From positions 57,868 to 121,867 of IMG/VR virus record IMGVR_UViG_3300025732_000021: a stretch of 64,000 nt of DNA; one strand, 5' to 3'. Of the stretch, positions 9,250-18,309 are shown one piece after another (positions within the stretch are counted from its first letter, which is position 1; every line of letters begins with the position of its first letter). The translations under genes were made by a program, and so were the position numbers. The notes beneath the pieces were generated by a model. That model was not told the DNA's origin, did no database searches, and saw only the letters and a program-made list of their open reading frames with translations. The DNA is from a virus.

Positions 9250-9649
9250 ATGTATCCTCTCTAAGCCTATCAATGATGAACATCATTTTATCTAATTGTA
9301 CCTTATTCATAGCCATTGTGTCAACTATCCTAGTCGTATCTTTATCGACCATTCCATCTGAACTCATATCAGCCATATAAAATACATTATCTTTAATCCA
9401 ATAAGCATTGTTATCCATAAGGATTACTTTGATGCTATATTTTGATTCATGAATAGATGCCTGAGATTTTTTTCTATTATTTCTTTTTGTGTTTTTTGGT
9501 AATAAAGGAAGCACTATAGAATGTATATGGCTTTGACTGTATTTAATTTTTTTTATTTTTGGCTCTTTAAAAATATCATTTTTTATTTGAAGTTTAAACA
9601 AAACATAAATCAATAAAAAAGAACTAAAAAACCCCACTAAGTACTTCAT
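9224..9649 (-). CDS. Hypothetical protein with N-terminal TM segment
   Basis: MKYLVGFFSSFLLIYVLF; TATAAT 9 nt upstream of the ATG. Confidence 0.7.
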   Translation of the reverse strand: MKYLVGFFSSFLLIYVLFKLQIKNDIFKEPKIKKIKYSQSHIHSIVLPLLPKNTKRNNRKKSQASIHESKYSIKVILMDNNAYWIKDNVFYMADMSSDGMVDKDTTRIVDTMAMNKVQLDKMMFIIDRLREDTYDSGGSRD

Positions 9650-9664
9650 AATAGAACTATTATA

Positions 9665-9991
9665 CTACTTGTTATACAAGGTTCTTTTTATTTCTTTTAA
9701 AGTATGTGATGTTTCTTTGTCTAACTGCTTAATTAATTTTAAATTAAAGGCCTTTGGTGTTAATCTAATAAGTGGATTTACTTCAGTAGGATCCATATCT
9801 ACCATACCCTTTTCCCATAAATCCATAACTTGTTGAGAAAACATATTATTTACCTCTCTGTGTAGGGCGGGATGAACATGTTTTAATTTTTTAGTAAAAC
9901 TATAAAGCATTTCACCAGTCTCTGGATCAATGCCAGCAGGTTCTATTGCCCCAGATAAAATAAGTTTATCAAAATCATTACTTTGTTGCAT
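9665..9991 (-). CDS. Hypothetical protein
   Basis: Start reassigned to MQQSNDF to avoid a long overlap. Confidence 0.65.
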   Translation of the reverse strand: MQQSNDFDKLILSGAIEPAGIDPETGEMLYSFTKKLKHVHPALHREVNNMFSQQVMDLWEKGMVDMDPTEVNPLIRLTPKAFNLKLIKQLDKETSHTLKEIKRTLYNK

Positions 9992-10394
9992 TTTTTGACT
10001 TTTCTCTTTGTTTTGCAAGTACTGAAAAATCTTTAATTTTTGTTTCTCCCATGTAAGACCATGCATAACCATTTTCTATCATATAATCATTGACAGAAAT
10101 TGTATCACCATCTACATAAAGCCAGCCTAAAATACGACCATATTTTTCTGAAGAATCTGGTTTTTCTGTTTTAATTACTATTTCCTTGGCGTCTTTAAGT
10201 TTATTTTTTAGGTATTCTTTTGCCTCAAGTCCTAACGCTTTTTCAAATTTATCTGATGTTCTTGATTCTGGAGTATCTATTCCCGCAAGTCTAACCCTTT
10301 GAGAAAAAGATACATTAAATCCTAAATCAATATCAACATCAATAGTATCTCCATCCACAACACCAGTAATTTTTTTTACTCTATATATATACAT
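9978..10394 (-). CDS. Thermonuclease (SNase family)
   Basis: VVDGDTI, RVRLAGIDTPE, KYGRILG, MIENGYA. Confidence 0.92.
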   Translation of the reverse strand: MYIYRVKKITGVVDGDTIDVDIDLGFNVSFSQRVRLAGIDTPESRTSDKFEKALGLEAKEYLKNKLKDAKEIVIKTEKPDSSEKYGRILGWLYVDGDTISVNDYMIENGYAWSYMGETKIKDFSVLAKQREKSKNATK

Positions 10395-11089
10395 TAAACA
10401 ACCTCCACTATATTTGGCAATACAATTATATTAGCATCTGGAATATCTTTTAAAATTAATTCCTTTACCTGTCTTAAAGACAATTTATCTTCATCAGTCA
10501 TACCCATACAATGCTTAATTCCTATGACTACATTTCTTGTTTCAGATAATTCTTTATATTTTTGAAAATCTTCTTTTGTCCATGGTTGAAATTTTCCTAC
10601 CATTAATGTTTGCTCTGGTTTCCAGTCAAAAGTTTGATATTCTTTAATTACACTAAAAGCCCTAGTTGGCAATGCATCTAGATATTCATTTCCAGTGTTT
10701 GTAATTCTAAAGTCATACTCATTTTCGTTTGGTTCTTCCCATGCAATAGTTTTGCCAAATTTATCAGTAAATTCTTTTTTGTCTGTAGTATCAACCCATA
10801 CAGAAATATCTGGAAATTTATTTATTTCAGATAAATGCATGTAACCACTGATGTCTCTATATTGATCTCTTGCTTCTTTAGTTGGGAAATATCCACTAAC
10901 TACAATTGATGAATTATAGTCTTTTGTAAAAAATATAGATATTGTTCTAAGCCACCTAGCATACTGTGCTTGTAGTTCTGCCATAGGCAAATCTGTATCT
11001 AAAACATGCCAAGAATTTGTACGTTCAGCATATGCTATAGAAATCTCTGTTCTTGTTTTTTCATCCATTCCAAAAAATTGAACTATCAT
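10394..11089 (-). CDS. Degenerate paralog of the kinase-nucleotidyltransferase fusion at 2321-3082
   Basis: Collinear with it: MIVQFFG vs MIIQIIG; FDW..EQTLMVGKFQPW vs HDW..PTTLMLGRYQPW; QVKE; LPNI. P-loop and HxGH are lost. Confidence 0.75.
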   Translation of the reverse strand: MIVQFFGMDEKTRTEISIAYAERTNSWHVLDTDLPMAELQAQYARWLRTISIFFTKDYNSSIVVSGYFPTKEARDQYRDISGYMHLSEINKFPDISVWVDTTDKKEFTDKFGKTIAWEEPNENEYDFRITNTGNEYLDALPTRAFSVIKEYQTFDWKPEQTLMVGKFQPWTKEDFQKYKELSETRNVVIGIKHCMGMTDEDKLSLRQVKELILKDIPDANIIVLPNIVEVV

Positions 11090-11340
11090 GAATAAGATTC
11101 TCCCTTGGTTCTATTTTCATCCAGCCTGTTTCTTTCATCAACAACTTCTAAAGCAAATTTCATCATATTGTCATAACCTATTGCATTATCCATTGCTTTA
11201 TTATAATGGTGTGCACAAAATAATAAATCTGAATTATTTTTACCAATAACCTTTACATACGCTTGTGCCCCACATCTATCACATCTATCTGTTGCATCAA
11301 GAATCCAAAGTTCTTCTTTTGGTTTAAGCATACTAGACAT
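11086..11340 (-). CDS. Small Zn-binding protein
   Basis: DRCDRCGAQAY...LLFCAHH, a pattern seen in small actinobacterial proteins. Confidence 0.7.
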   Translation of the reverse strand: MSSMLKPKEELWILDATDRCDRCGAQAYVKVIGKNNSDLLFCAHHYNKAMDNAIGYDNMMKFALEVVDERNRLDENRTKGESYS

Positions 11341-11341
11341 A

Positions 11342-11527
11342 TTATACCTTTCTATTATCTGTTGTGTAAAAACCAGATCCGTTAAATGAAACTCCTACGT
11401 TAGAGTATACACGAACTAATGGCTTGTTGCAAGTTTCACAGGAATAGCCTGGATCTGACTCTGACATTCCACGAACTTTGGTATATCTTGTAGCACACCC
11501 CATACAATCATACTCGTAAGATGGCAT
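11342..11527 (-). CDS. FmdB-family zinc ribbon protein
   Basis: MPSYEYDCMGC...CETC...FNGSGFYTTD; start fixed by TAATG overlap. Confidence 0.88.
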   Translation of the reverse strand: MPSYEYDCMGCATRYTKVRGMSESDPGYSCETCNKPLVRVYSNVGVSFNGSGFYTTDNRKV

Positions 11528-11628
11528 TACTTTTTCTTTCGTAATTGCCAAACAGGGATTCCCCTTGGTGCGGCACTAAGTTCATAGCCCAAAACTTTAG
11601 CAATAAATCTAATTATTTTAATACGCAT
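11527..11628 (-). CDS. Small basic protein, 33 aa (not in ORF track)
   Basis: MRIKIIRFIAKVLGYELSAAPRGIPVWQLRKKK*; TAATG coupling at both ends. Confidence 0.65.
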   Translation of the reverse strand: MRIKIIRFIAKVLGYELSAAPRGIPVWQLRKKK

Positions 11629-11828
11629 TATCTAATCTTTCCCCCAAACTTAGCCCAAACTCTTTCGTGAATAAAGTATCCAAGTGCTTCCCAACCAATA
11701 TAGATGAGCGCACCAAGACTTGCATATTCCCATTCACCTGTAAATAGGTAAATAACTCCAGCAACACCAACAAGATGGAATGTTTCCCAACTTGCTGTCT
11801 TTAATAATGTACGTTTTGTAGATTCCAT
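11628..11828 (-). CDS. DUF2061-like small membrane protein
   Basis: MESTKRTLLKTASW...YFIHERVW; AGGAGG SD. Confidence 0.8.
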   Translation of the reverse strand: MESTKRTLLKTASWETFHLVGVAGVIYLFTGEWEYASLGALIYIGWEALGYFIHERVWAKFGGKIR

Positions 11829-11850
11829 AATTCCTCCTATATATATTGTA

Positions 11851-12570
11851 TCATTTGATTTGAGATATGACAAGTGTGTAATGTGAGTAAAAGGTATGTA
11901 TATTGTTTTTCCATCCATTTATTATGTCAAAATTAAATGGAAAAAGTCTATATGGCTTTATAAATTCTAGAGCATTAGTAGTCTTCCCCCTTATAATTTT
12001 CTGTGTTGGCTTACTAAGATCAATACATATGGCAATATCTCTATATGGAAAAACAGTTGCTATATCCTCTAAATGTTTATTTAAAAATGGAATACATATC
12101 AGCACTATAGGACAATTAATATTAGATAATGTTTCTAAAAATTTAACTGTATCAGTATTTGGTATTCTTCCTCCAAAATAGAATTGTCCACTATCTCCAT
12201 CAAATCCTGAAAAAAATAAAGATTGTAATATTGCATTTGGACCAGGAATTAATTCAATTTCTATGTTGTTCTCTATTAAAGATTGTATTAATGGTGAAGC
12301 AAAATCTTGTATATTTGGATATCCATCATTTGACACAACAAGTATATTTTTGTTATTTTTAATACCATTTAAAATTATTTCTAAAGAATTAGAGTTATTA
12401 TATTCATATATATTGTTAATATAAACACCATTAATATCGCAAAAATTTTTGAAAACTTTTTCTGTTTCAACAATTGCTATATCTGTTTGATTTAAATAAT
12501 TTTTAAATGCTATAGCAATATGATCATTATTGCCTATTGGCATAGCAGCAAATACAACTTTTTTGTTCAT
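11851..12570 (-). CDS. Divergent RsmI-like (tetrapyrrole methylase family) SAM-dependent methyltransferase
   Basis: MPIGN, VVSNDGYPNIQD, IPGPNA...SG, FYFGG, DLSK....IRG align by eye with RsmI motifs. Confidence 0.7.
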   Translation of the reverse strand: MNKKVVFAAMPIGNNDHIAIAFKNYLNQTDIAIVETEKVFKNFCDINGVYINNIYEYNNSNSLEIILNGIKNNKNILVVSNDGYPNIQDFASPLIQSLIENNIEIELIPGPNAILQSLFFSGFDGDSGQFYFGGRIPNTDTVKFLETLSNINCPIVLICIPFLNKHLEDIATVFPYRDIAICIDLSKPTQKIIRGKTTNALEFIKPYRLFPFNFDIINGWKNNIHTFYSHYTLVISQIK

Positions 12571-14003
12571 CGTACTATTTTAGTATTGTATGCTTTTTCC
12601 CATTCTAAAATATCATTTTCATCATTTAATAATGGCTGACCTTTAATATTTAAACTTGTATTAAGTAATATTGGGATTCCAGTGACAGCATACCATTCCG
12701 ATAATAGATTGTATAGTCCTGGATGTTGATTTTTATTTACAGTTTGAACTCTAGATGTACCGTCTTTATGTACTACAGACGGTATAAGTTCTGGCTTTAA
12801 ACATTTAGGAGTATACTGCATATAAGGAGAAGTATAATTCATATCAAACCATTTTGATGCATGCTCTTCTAAAATTACTGGAGCAAAAGGCCTGAATAAT
12901 TCTCTTTTTTTAATTAAATTAACCTTATCTTTAATGTCAGGATCCCTTGGATCTGCCAAAATACTTCTGTTTCCAAGTGCTCTTGGTCCGTATTCTGCAC
13001 GTCCAGTTGCAACTGCTGCAATTTTATTTCTTATTAATTCTGCCATAATTTTACTGACTGGATACTCTCCACCAAGATCGTAACCTAAATATGGATGCTC
13101 CCAATTTAAATGATTTCCATATGCTGCTGCTGCTGCGCCAAGAGAGGATCCAGCGTCGCCTGGATTTGGCATAATCCAAACATCATCAAACATCCTCCAT
13201 AACATTGTGTTTGCTGCACAATTAAGGGCGCATCCACCCATAAAAACAAGATTCTTTTTACCAGTTAATTTTTGAGCCATGGCCATGAAATTAACTAATC
13301 TATCCTCATATATTTTTTGAACTGCTGCTGCTATATCAAACTTGGCTTGTTCATCTATTATTTCATTCCAATCTAAAATACCATTATGGAATCCATATTT
13401 TTGGTCATCTATAGATGAAAAGTATTCTTTTACCTTGTTATAATATCTTGTCCAGTCACCATATGCAGCCATGCCCATCATAATATACTCTTCTTCATTT
13501 GGTTTTAATCCAACTAATTGAGTAAAGGCAGAATAGAATAGCCCAAAACTAAATGGATGATTTTTTTTATAGACCTGCTTAATATATGATCCCTGTCCAG
13601 TCCAGATTGTTGATGTATTATATTCCCCTATGGCATCTAAAACAACTATTACTGCATCATTAAATTTACTCGTGTAATAACCTGCTGCTGCATGAGAATG
13701 GTGATGGCTAAAAGATTCTCTTGGTATCCATCTTAAATCATTTCTTTCAAGATAATAAGGTTTTCCTCCTCCGAAGCCACCCCTAGTCATTATTCTTATT
13801 TTTTTTAACCAACGATTTTCATAATATGCTATTTGATCTGGCTTACCATACGAAAGTGCTTGATCTATTAGTTCGTCGTTTGTAAACCAATCATTTTTTT
13901 CTTTACTGTATCTTTCAGCATGGCCAGCAAACAAAATGCTACCATTATCTATTAATGATACAGAAGCATCATGTGTTGTTTCATTAATTCCTAAAATTTT
14001 CAT
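12567..14003 (-). CDS. O-carbamoyltransferase (NodU/CmcH family)
   Basis: ILGIN..HDAS, HHHSHAA, DAIGE, GGCALNC, PGDAG, EYGPRALGNRS, RELFRPFAP, VHKDGTSRVQTV, LNTSLN. Confidence 0.95.
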   Translation of the reverse strand: MKILGINETTHDASVSLIDNGSILFAGHAERYSKEKNDWFTNDELIDQALSYGKPDQIAYYENRWLKKIRIMTRGGFGGGKPYYLERNDLRWIPRESFSHHHSHAAAGYYTSKFNDAVIVVLDAIGEYNTSTIWTGQGSYIKQVYKKNHPFSFGLFYSAFTQLVGLKPNEEEYIMMGMAAYGDWTRYYNKVKEYFSSIDDQKYGFHNGILDWNEIIDEQAKFDIAAAVQKIYEDRLVNFMAMAQKLTGKKNLVFMGGCALNCAANTMLWRMFDDVWIMPNPGDAGSSLGAAAAAYGNHLNWEHPYLGYDLGGEYPVSKIMAELIRNKIAAVATGRAEYGPRALGNRSILADPRDPDIKDKVNLIKKRELFRPFAPVILEEHASKWFDMNYTSPYMQYTPKCLKPELIPSVVHKDGTSRVQTVNKNQHPGLYNLLSEWYAVTGIPILLNTSLNIKGQPLLNDENDILEWEKAYNTKIVR

Positions 14004-14673
14004 AATTAATCCTCTTCTTAAATTCATTATACCAAATTAAATGTGCTGCAGGTCCAGGATGATGTTTATCATCACCAAGAATTTCACCACCATAATAATC
14101 TATATCGCTTTTATTAATTTCAAAAAAAGTATCAAAATTATTTAAAAAATCAAATTCATTTTTAGATGACCAGGAAGATGATAGAAGTTTTATATTATTA
14201 AAATAACAAAAAATTTCTAAAGATTTGTAAAAATTATAAACAACTTTATCAATATGATCTTTAATTATATATCTTCCATCCCTATGTATTGGTGGCAATA
14301 ATATAAAAATATAATCTGGATTTCCATATAAATTTATATATTTATATATATTTGATATTATTTCTATTGGCGAACCGCCTGGAAGAGAAACATTAAAAAA
14401 TCCAGAAGAATTTTTGAAATCAGAATAAACTTTATATGCCCATGTATCTTCTATATTAACACCTATACCACAAGTTATAGAACAGCCAGCAAATAAAATA
14501 TGTTCGCCATTATGATTTTTTATAAATTCATCTGATCTTAATCCATGTGAGTTTAATTTATATATTACATTACTGTTTGAAATATTTTTTCTATAATCTG
14601 GCATACCATCTTTATGCCAAAAAACTGGAGAGATAGTGGTGTTTTTTGTTAAATAATTTTCATAAAATTCCAT
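13984..14673 (-). CDS. SGNH/GDSL-like protein
   Basis: NSHGLR, AGCSITCG, N...PG, DDKHHPG (DxxH). Confidence 0.7.
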   Translation of the reverse strand: MEFYENYLTKNTTISPVFWHKDGMPDYRKNISNSNVIYKLNSHGLRSDEFIKNHNGEHILFAGCSITCGIGVNIEDTWAYKVYSDFKNSSGFFNVSLPGGSPIEIISNIYKYINLYGNPDYIFILLPPIHRDGRYIIKDHIDKVVYNFYKSLEIFCYFNNIKLLSSSWSSKNEFDFLNNFDTFFEINKSDIDYYGGEILGDDKHHPGPAAHLIWYNEFKKRINYENFRN

Positions 14674-15344
14674 TATTCCTGGCCAGTCGACATTATTGGA
14701 GTCTTCATATTATGATACCAATGTGGCATGGAATATCTAGTTCCACTAATAATTGGAGCAACTTCATGTATATATAAATAATTTGAAGGAAAGAAAATAA
14801 TACTTCCTGGTTCTGGCTTTATTTTAACATTAGAATTTGGAAAAGATATTTCTCCACCTTCGTAATCATTATTTAAATACATAACAACAGAAATTACTCT
14901 GCTACTTACCCCATGATCTTGATGTGCTGGTAGGTACCCACCTTTTTCATACCTTAAAAGGTGCACACTATATTCTCTAGACTTAATATTTCTTGATGCA
15001 AATGGATATATAATATTTGTATAATGATTTGTTGCAGCATCTAATGCATCATAAAGTCTTTTAGAGACATACTGCTGATCCTTATAATAATAATCATCTG
15101 CTCTAATGTCCTCTGGTTTTGGGAAAAATTTTTGCCAACAAAAAGTTTCTAATGTTCCAGCACTTTCATTTTGCCAAGCATGCCAGGGTTGAACTGCAGT
15201 ATAATTATCTCCGTGTTCTTTTTGATTATATTTTTCATCAACAGATTTAACTATATCAATAATTTCTTGTGGATTATTTAAAGCATTTTTATAATAAACT
15301 AATCCTAAATCTAATATTTCATAATCATAAGTAGTTAAATTCAT
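14673..15344 (-). CDS. 2OG-Fe(II) oxygenase, prolyl-4-hydroxylase-like
   Basis: HQD, SVVMYLN.DYEGGE, FFPS, HEV, GTRY. Confidence 0.9.
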   Translation of the reverse strand: MNLTTYDYEILDLGLVYYKNALNNPQEIIDIVKSVDEKYNQKEHGDNYTAVQPWHAWQNESAGTLETFCWQKFFPKPEDIRADDYYYKDQQYVSKRLYDALDAATNHYTNIIYPFASRNIKSREYSVHLLRYEKGGYLPAHQDHGVSSRVISVVMYLNNDYEGGEISFPNSNVKIKPEPGSIIFFPSNYLYIHEVAPIISGTRYSMPHWYHNMKTPIMSTGQE

Positions 15345-15927
15345 GTTCTGGCGCCCTCCATTTTGGATTCTTATCTTCTCCAAGAAAATCTGGATCTGCA
15401 TGTTGAGGAAGAGATGTATGCATATATAAAGCGGTATATCTATTGCCAGAAGTTACTTCTGTTATACCATGAATATATTCACTTCCAGCACTTGGAAAAA
15501 AGACTGCAGAATATCTTTTTGGTTGATAAATAAAATCTTGATTTGGAAAAAATATTTTTCCTCCAGTATAGTCTGGCTCCTCATTTAGATATATTATAGT
15601 ACTCCACTCAATCCATGGCTCTGGATCTTGTGCGTCTAAATGTAACGGTCCTTTTGTGCCAGTAGTCCAGTGTGAACCAAATGCCTTAAACACATATATT
15701 GGACTATTAAATCCGTTTAATTCTTTGTGAACCTCATTAGATTTATCGCCATATTTCTTTAATATAGACATTACTGTTGGGTTATATGGTAAAGATGTAC
15801 CACCAAATCTTTCTTTATAATATTCTGGATATGGAAGCCTAATTGAGTTTGGATCATTTTGTTGCTGTATTAATGTTAAAGCATCTATTGGCTCTATAAA
15901 ATTATCTATAATTTTAATTCTATGCAT
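15325..15927 (-). CDS. 2OG-Fe(II) oxygenase, prolyl-4-hydroxylase-like
   Basis: HLD, IIYLN..YTGG, FFPS, HGI, GNRY; TATAAT and AGGAGG upstream of MHRIK. Confidence 0.9.
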   Translation of the reverse strand: MHRIKIIDNFIEPIDALTLIQQQNDPNSIRLPYPEYYKERFGGTSLPYNPTVMSILKKYGDKSNEVHKELNGFNSPIYVFKAFGSHWTTGTKGPLHLDAQDPEPWIEWSTIIYLNEEPDYTGGKIFFPNQDFIYQPKRYSAVFFPSAGSEYIHGITEVTSGNRYTALYMHTSLPQHADPDFLGEDKNPKWRAPEHEFNYL

Positions 15928-15954
15928 TTTTCCTCCTATTAACATTATACACTA

Positions 15955-16809
15955 TTAGTAAATATAGTGTAAATGGCCTATAAATTTTCTTCCATCAAGT
16001 TTGTCAAAATCATTATTATAACAATCATATTCAACATCGTTTGTTTGAAATGGTAACGGAAATATTTTTTCTAAATCTATATTATGATAAGACAAAAAAT
16101 CATTTACTGTTCTAGCAGTTCCAGGATCAAAAAATGAACTATGCTGATTTTTTATAATTTTAATTATTTCATTATAATTATGATCTTTAGAATAAGGTGT
16201 ATATAAAATATCTATAGAATTCTGATTATTTTTTGTATAAAAACTACTTGGACAAGAATATATATCTATTCCTCTTGTAAACCAATACATTGATAAATAC
16301 TCTGCCTCGCCATTATATTTTAAAAAAGTTGGGTAGTTAGTATTATGAAAAAGTTCTTTTGAAATAAAAATAAAATCTTTGTCTACAAAATTTGATAATA
16401 TAAAATCATCAGAATTTAGCGAATTATTATAAAAGTAAAAGTTATCATTTGTTATTGACGGAATTCCTTTTCCAGATATAACAGAATTTGTTTTATAATT
16501 TTTAATTAATTCTAAATCCCAGTTATTATTTACTAAAATATTATCAGACATTATTAAAATAAATTCTTCTTGTATATTTCTTGCAGTTTCAAATCTATAT
16601 AAGCACTGACCATATGGGTAGTCCCAAAATTTATGTTTATATGAAACATTGCTTATAGAATTATAATATTCATTTTTTATTAATGGTGATTGGTCTAATA
16701 TATAAATATTGATTGTATGTTCTTTGGATGAATTTTCATTAATTTTTTGCACAACATCTTTTAAAGATTTTCCTTTATAAGAATAAATAACTACCCCAAT
16801 GCTACTCAT
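15955..16809 (-). CDS. GT60-like (Skp1 hydroxyproline GlcNAc-transferase-like) GT-A protein
   Basis: SYK, GQCLYR, EEFILIMSDN....NWD, NGEAEYLS...FTRGIDIY resemble the Gnt1 motifs SYR, GPCWAR, QIDSH...WD, GEE...WT.G.D.Y. Confidence 0.6.
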   Translation of the reverse strand: MSSIGVVIYSYKGKSLKDVVQKINENSSKEHTINIYILDQSPLIKNEYYNSISNVSYKHKFWDYPYGQCLYRFETARNIQEEFILIMSDNILVNNNWDLELIKNYKTNSVISGKGIPSITNDNFYFYNNSLNSDDFILSNFVDKDFIFISKELFHNTNYPTFLKYNGEAEYLSMYWFTRGIDIYSCPSSFYTKNNQNSIDILYTPYSKDHNYNEIIKIIKNQHSSFFDPGTARTVNDFLSYHNIDLEKIFPLPFQTNDVEYDCYNNDFDKLDGRKFIGHLHYIY

Positions 16810-17584
16810 CGTCGTGATTCGCATCCTTTGAAAACATGTTTTTTATTCCGTATATTTTTTTTCTCCAAGTTGTTTTTTTATAATAACCATATAATAATGA
16901 TCGTCTATCTTCTGCCTTTAATAATTTTTTATCAACAGAATCATAATCTTCGTCTATAGACATTTCCCAATTTTCTCTTTTAAAAGGAATAATTTGCATA
17001 ATTGGTGTTCCTTTTGGAATTACGCCTTGAAAACCTCTTTTTAAAAAGAATGCTATGAAAACTGGTAAACCCCAAATATCTGATTCTACTATCCCAGACA
17101 TTGTATAAAATGGAAGATCATGCCTATTCATTGGATGTGTTATAAGAACAGAATATCCAGGCGGAGTATCATAAAACCAATTCATACGAAATCCATAATG
17201 CATAGGATGACAATTATCTGGAACGACTATATCATTTGTTGGTCTTTTATCTAATAACATTATATTGCCATTCCAAGATAGTTTTGGTCTTCCATCTGGA
17301 TCTAATTCAACATATAAATCATCTTCAAGCAAATATACATAACCAGCAGTCAATGCATCAAAGAACGGCAAGCACATTTTTGTAGCAACTTGTGCACCAT
17401 CAGATCCTAAATGATTAACTGGATTTAAATATCTATCATCGTTCCAATTATCATGCTTTGCTAAACTTTTATACCATTCTGGAACATGTTTAACTGCTGG
17501 CTCTGGTGCTGTTTGAACTACTGACCAATGTGGCTGTGCATTAAGCGCTGGAGTAAAGACAATTTCTAATGGATCTTCATTCAT
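16802..17584 (-). CDS. DUF6065-like / dUTPase-like beta-clip protein
   Basis: PEWYK, KMCLPFFDALTAGY, TPPGYS, HPMNR, GVIPKGTPIMQIIPFKRE. Confidence 0.65.
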   Translation of the reverse strand: MNEDPLEIVFTPALNAQPHWSVVQTAPEPAVKHVPEWYKSLAKHDNWNDDRYLNPVNHLGSDGAQVATKMCLPFFDALTAGYVYLLEDDLYVELDPDGRPKLSWNGNIMLLDKRPTNDIVVPDNCHPMHYGFRMNWFYDTPPGYSVLITHPMNRHDLPFYTMSGIVESDIWGLPVFIAFFLKRGFQGVIPKGTPIMQIIPFKRENWEMSIDEDYDSVDKKLLKAEDRRSLLYGYYKKTTWRKKIYGIKNMFSKDANHDDE

Positions 17585-18309
17585 GAAAATCTCTTCATGC
17601 TTCTATATTTACCCTTATATCCATTGCTAAATGTTGATCTTAAATGTATTCTTTGATGACCAATTTCTTTTTTTACTTGATCATGGGGAACCATTTCAGA
17701 CTCCCAATCTTCTCTCTTAACAGGAATTATTTGTACTAATGGAGTGCCTTGCTTAATTACACCAACAAAACCTTTTTTGATAAAGAAAGAAAAATGTCCA
17801 TCAACTATAAACTTATCTGTATCAACGAATCCTCCAAGTGCCCTAAATGGAAGTTCGTCTTGATGGTTTGGATGAAGAACTAATGTACTATAACCTTTTT
17901 CAGTTTTAAATGCCCAAAATGGCATTATTCTGAATAATGTTTTATGATACATGTCTGTATCTACAGGATAATGATTATATTGTTCTGGAGCATGCGTTGC
18001 AAACATATCTGTTCCAAATCTTTTCATTGGATTAGGACACTGAATGTTTAATTTATTTGGATCAGATGCATCTATATAAATATCCATAGGTAAAGATAAT
18101 ATATATCCAGCAGTCATTAAGTCAAATATTGGCATACATTTTTTTACTGTGCCATTAAAAGATCCCTGAGCAAGCCCTCTCTCATTATCTACTGTAGATG
18201 ATTGCTTCTTATACCATTCTGGAACAACTCTTGATGCTGGCACTGGTGGCGGAGCAAAAGATACTGTCTCTTCACTAAACGGATAAAATTTTATCTTTCG
18301 TAAACTCAT
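17581..18309 (-). CDS. DUF6065-like / dUTPase-like protein (paralog)
   Basis: PEWYK, KKCMPIFDLMTAGY, TEKGYS, GVIKQGTPLVQIIPVKRE. Confidence 0.65.
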   Translation of the reverse strand: MSLRKIKFYPFSEETVSFAPPPVPASRVVPEWYKKQSSTVDNERGLAQGSFNGTVKKCMPIFDLMTAGYILSLPMDIYIDASDPNKLNIQCPNPMKRFGTDMFATHAPEQYNHYPVDTDMYHKTLFRIMPFWAFKTEKGYSTLVLHPNHQDELPFRALGGFVDTDKFIVDGHFSFFIKKGFVGVIKQGTPLVQIIPVKREDWESEMVPHDQVKKEIGHQRIHLRSTFSNGYKGKYRSMKRFS

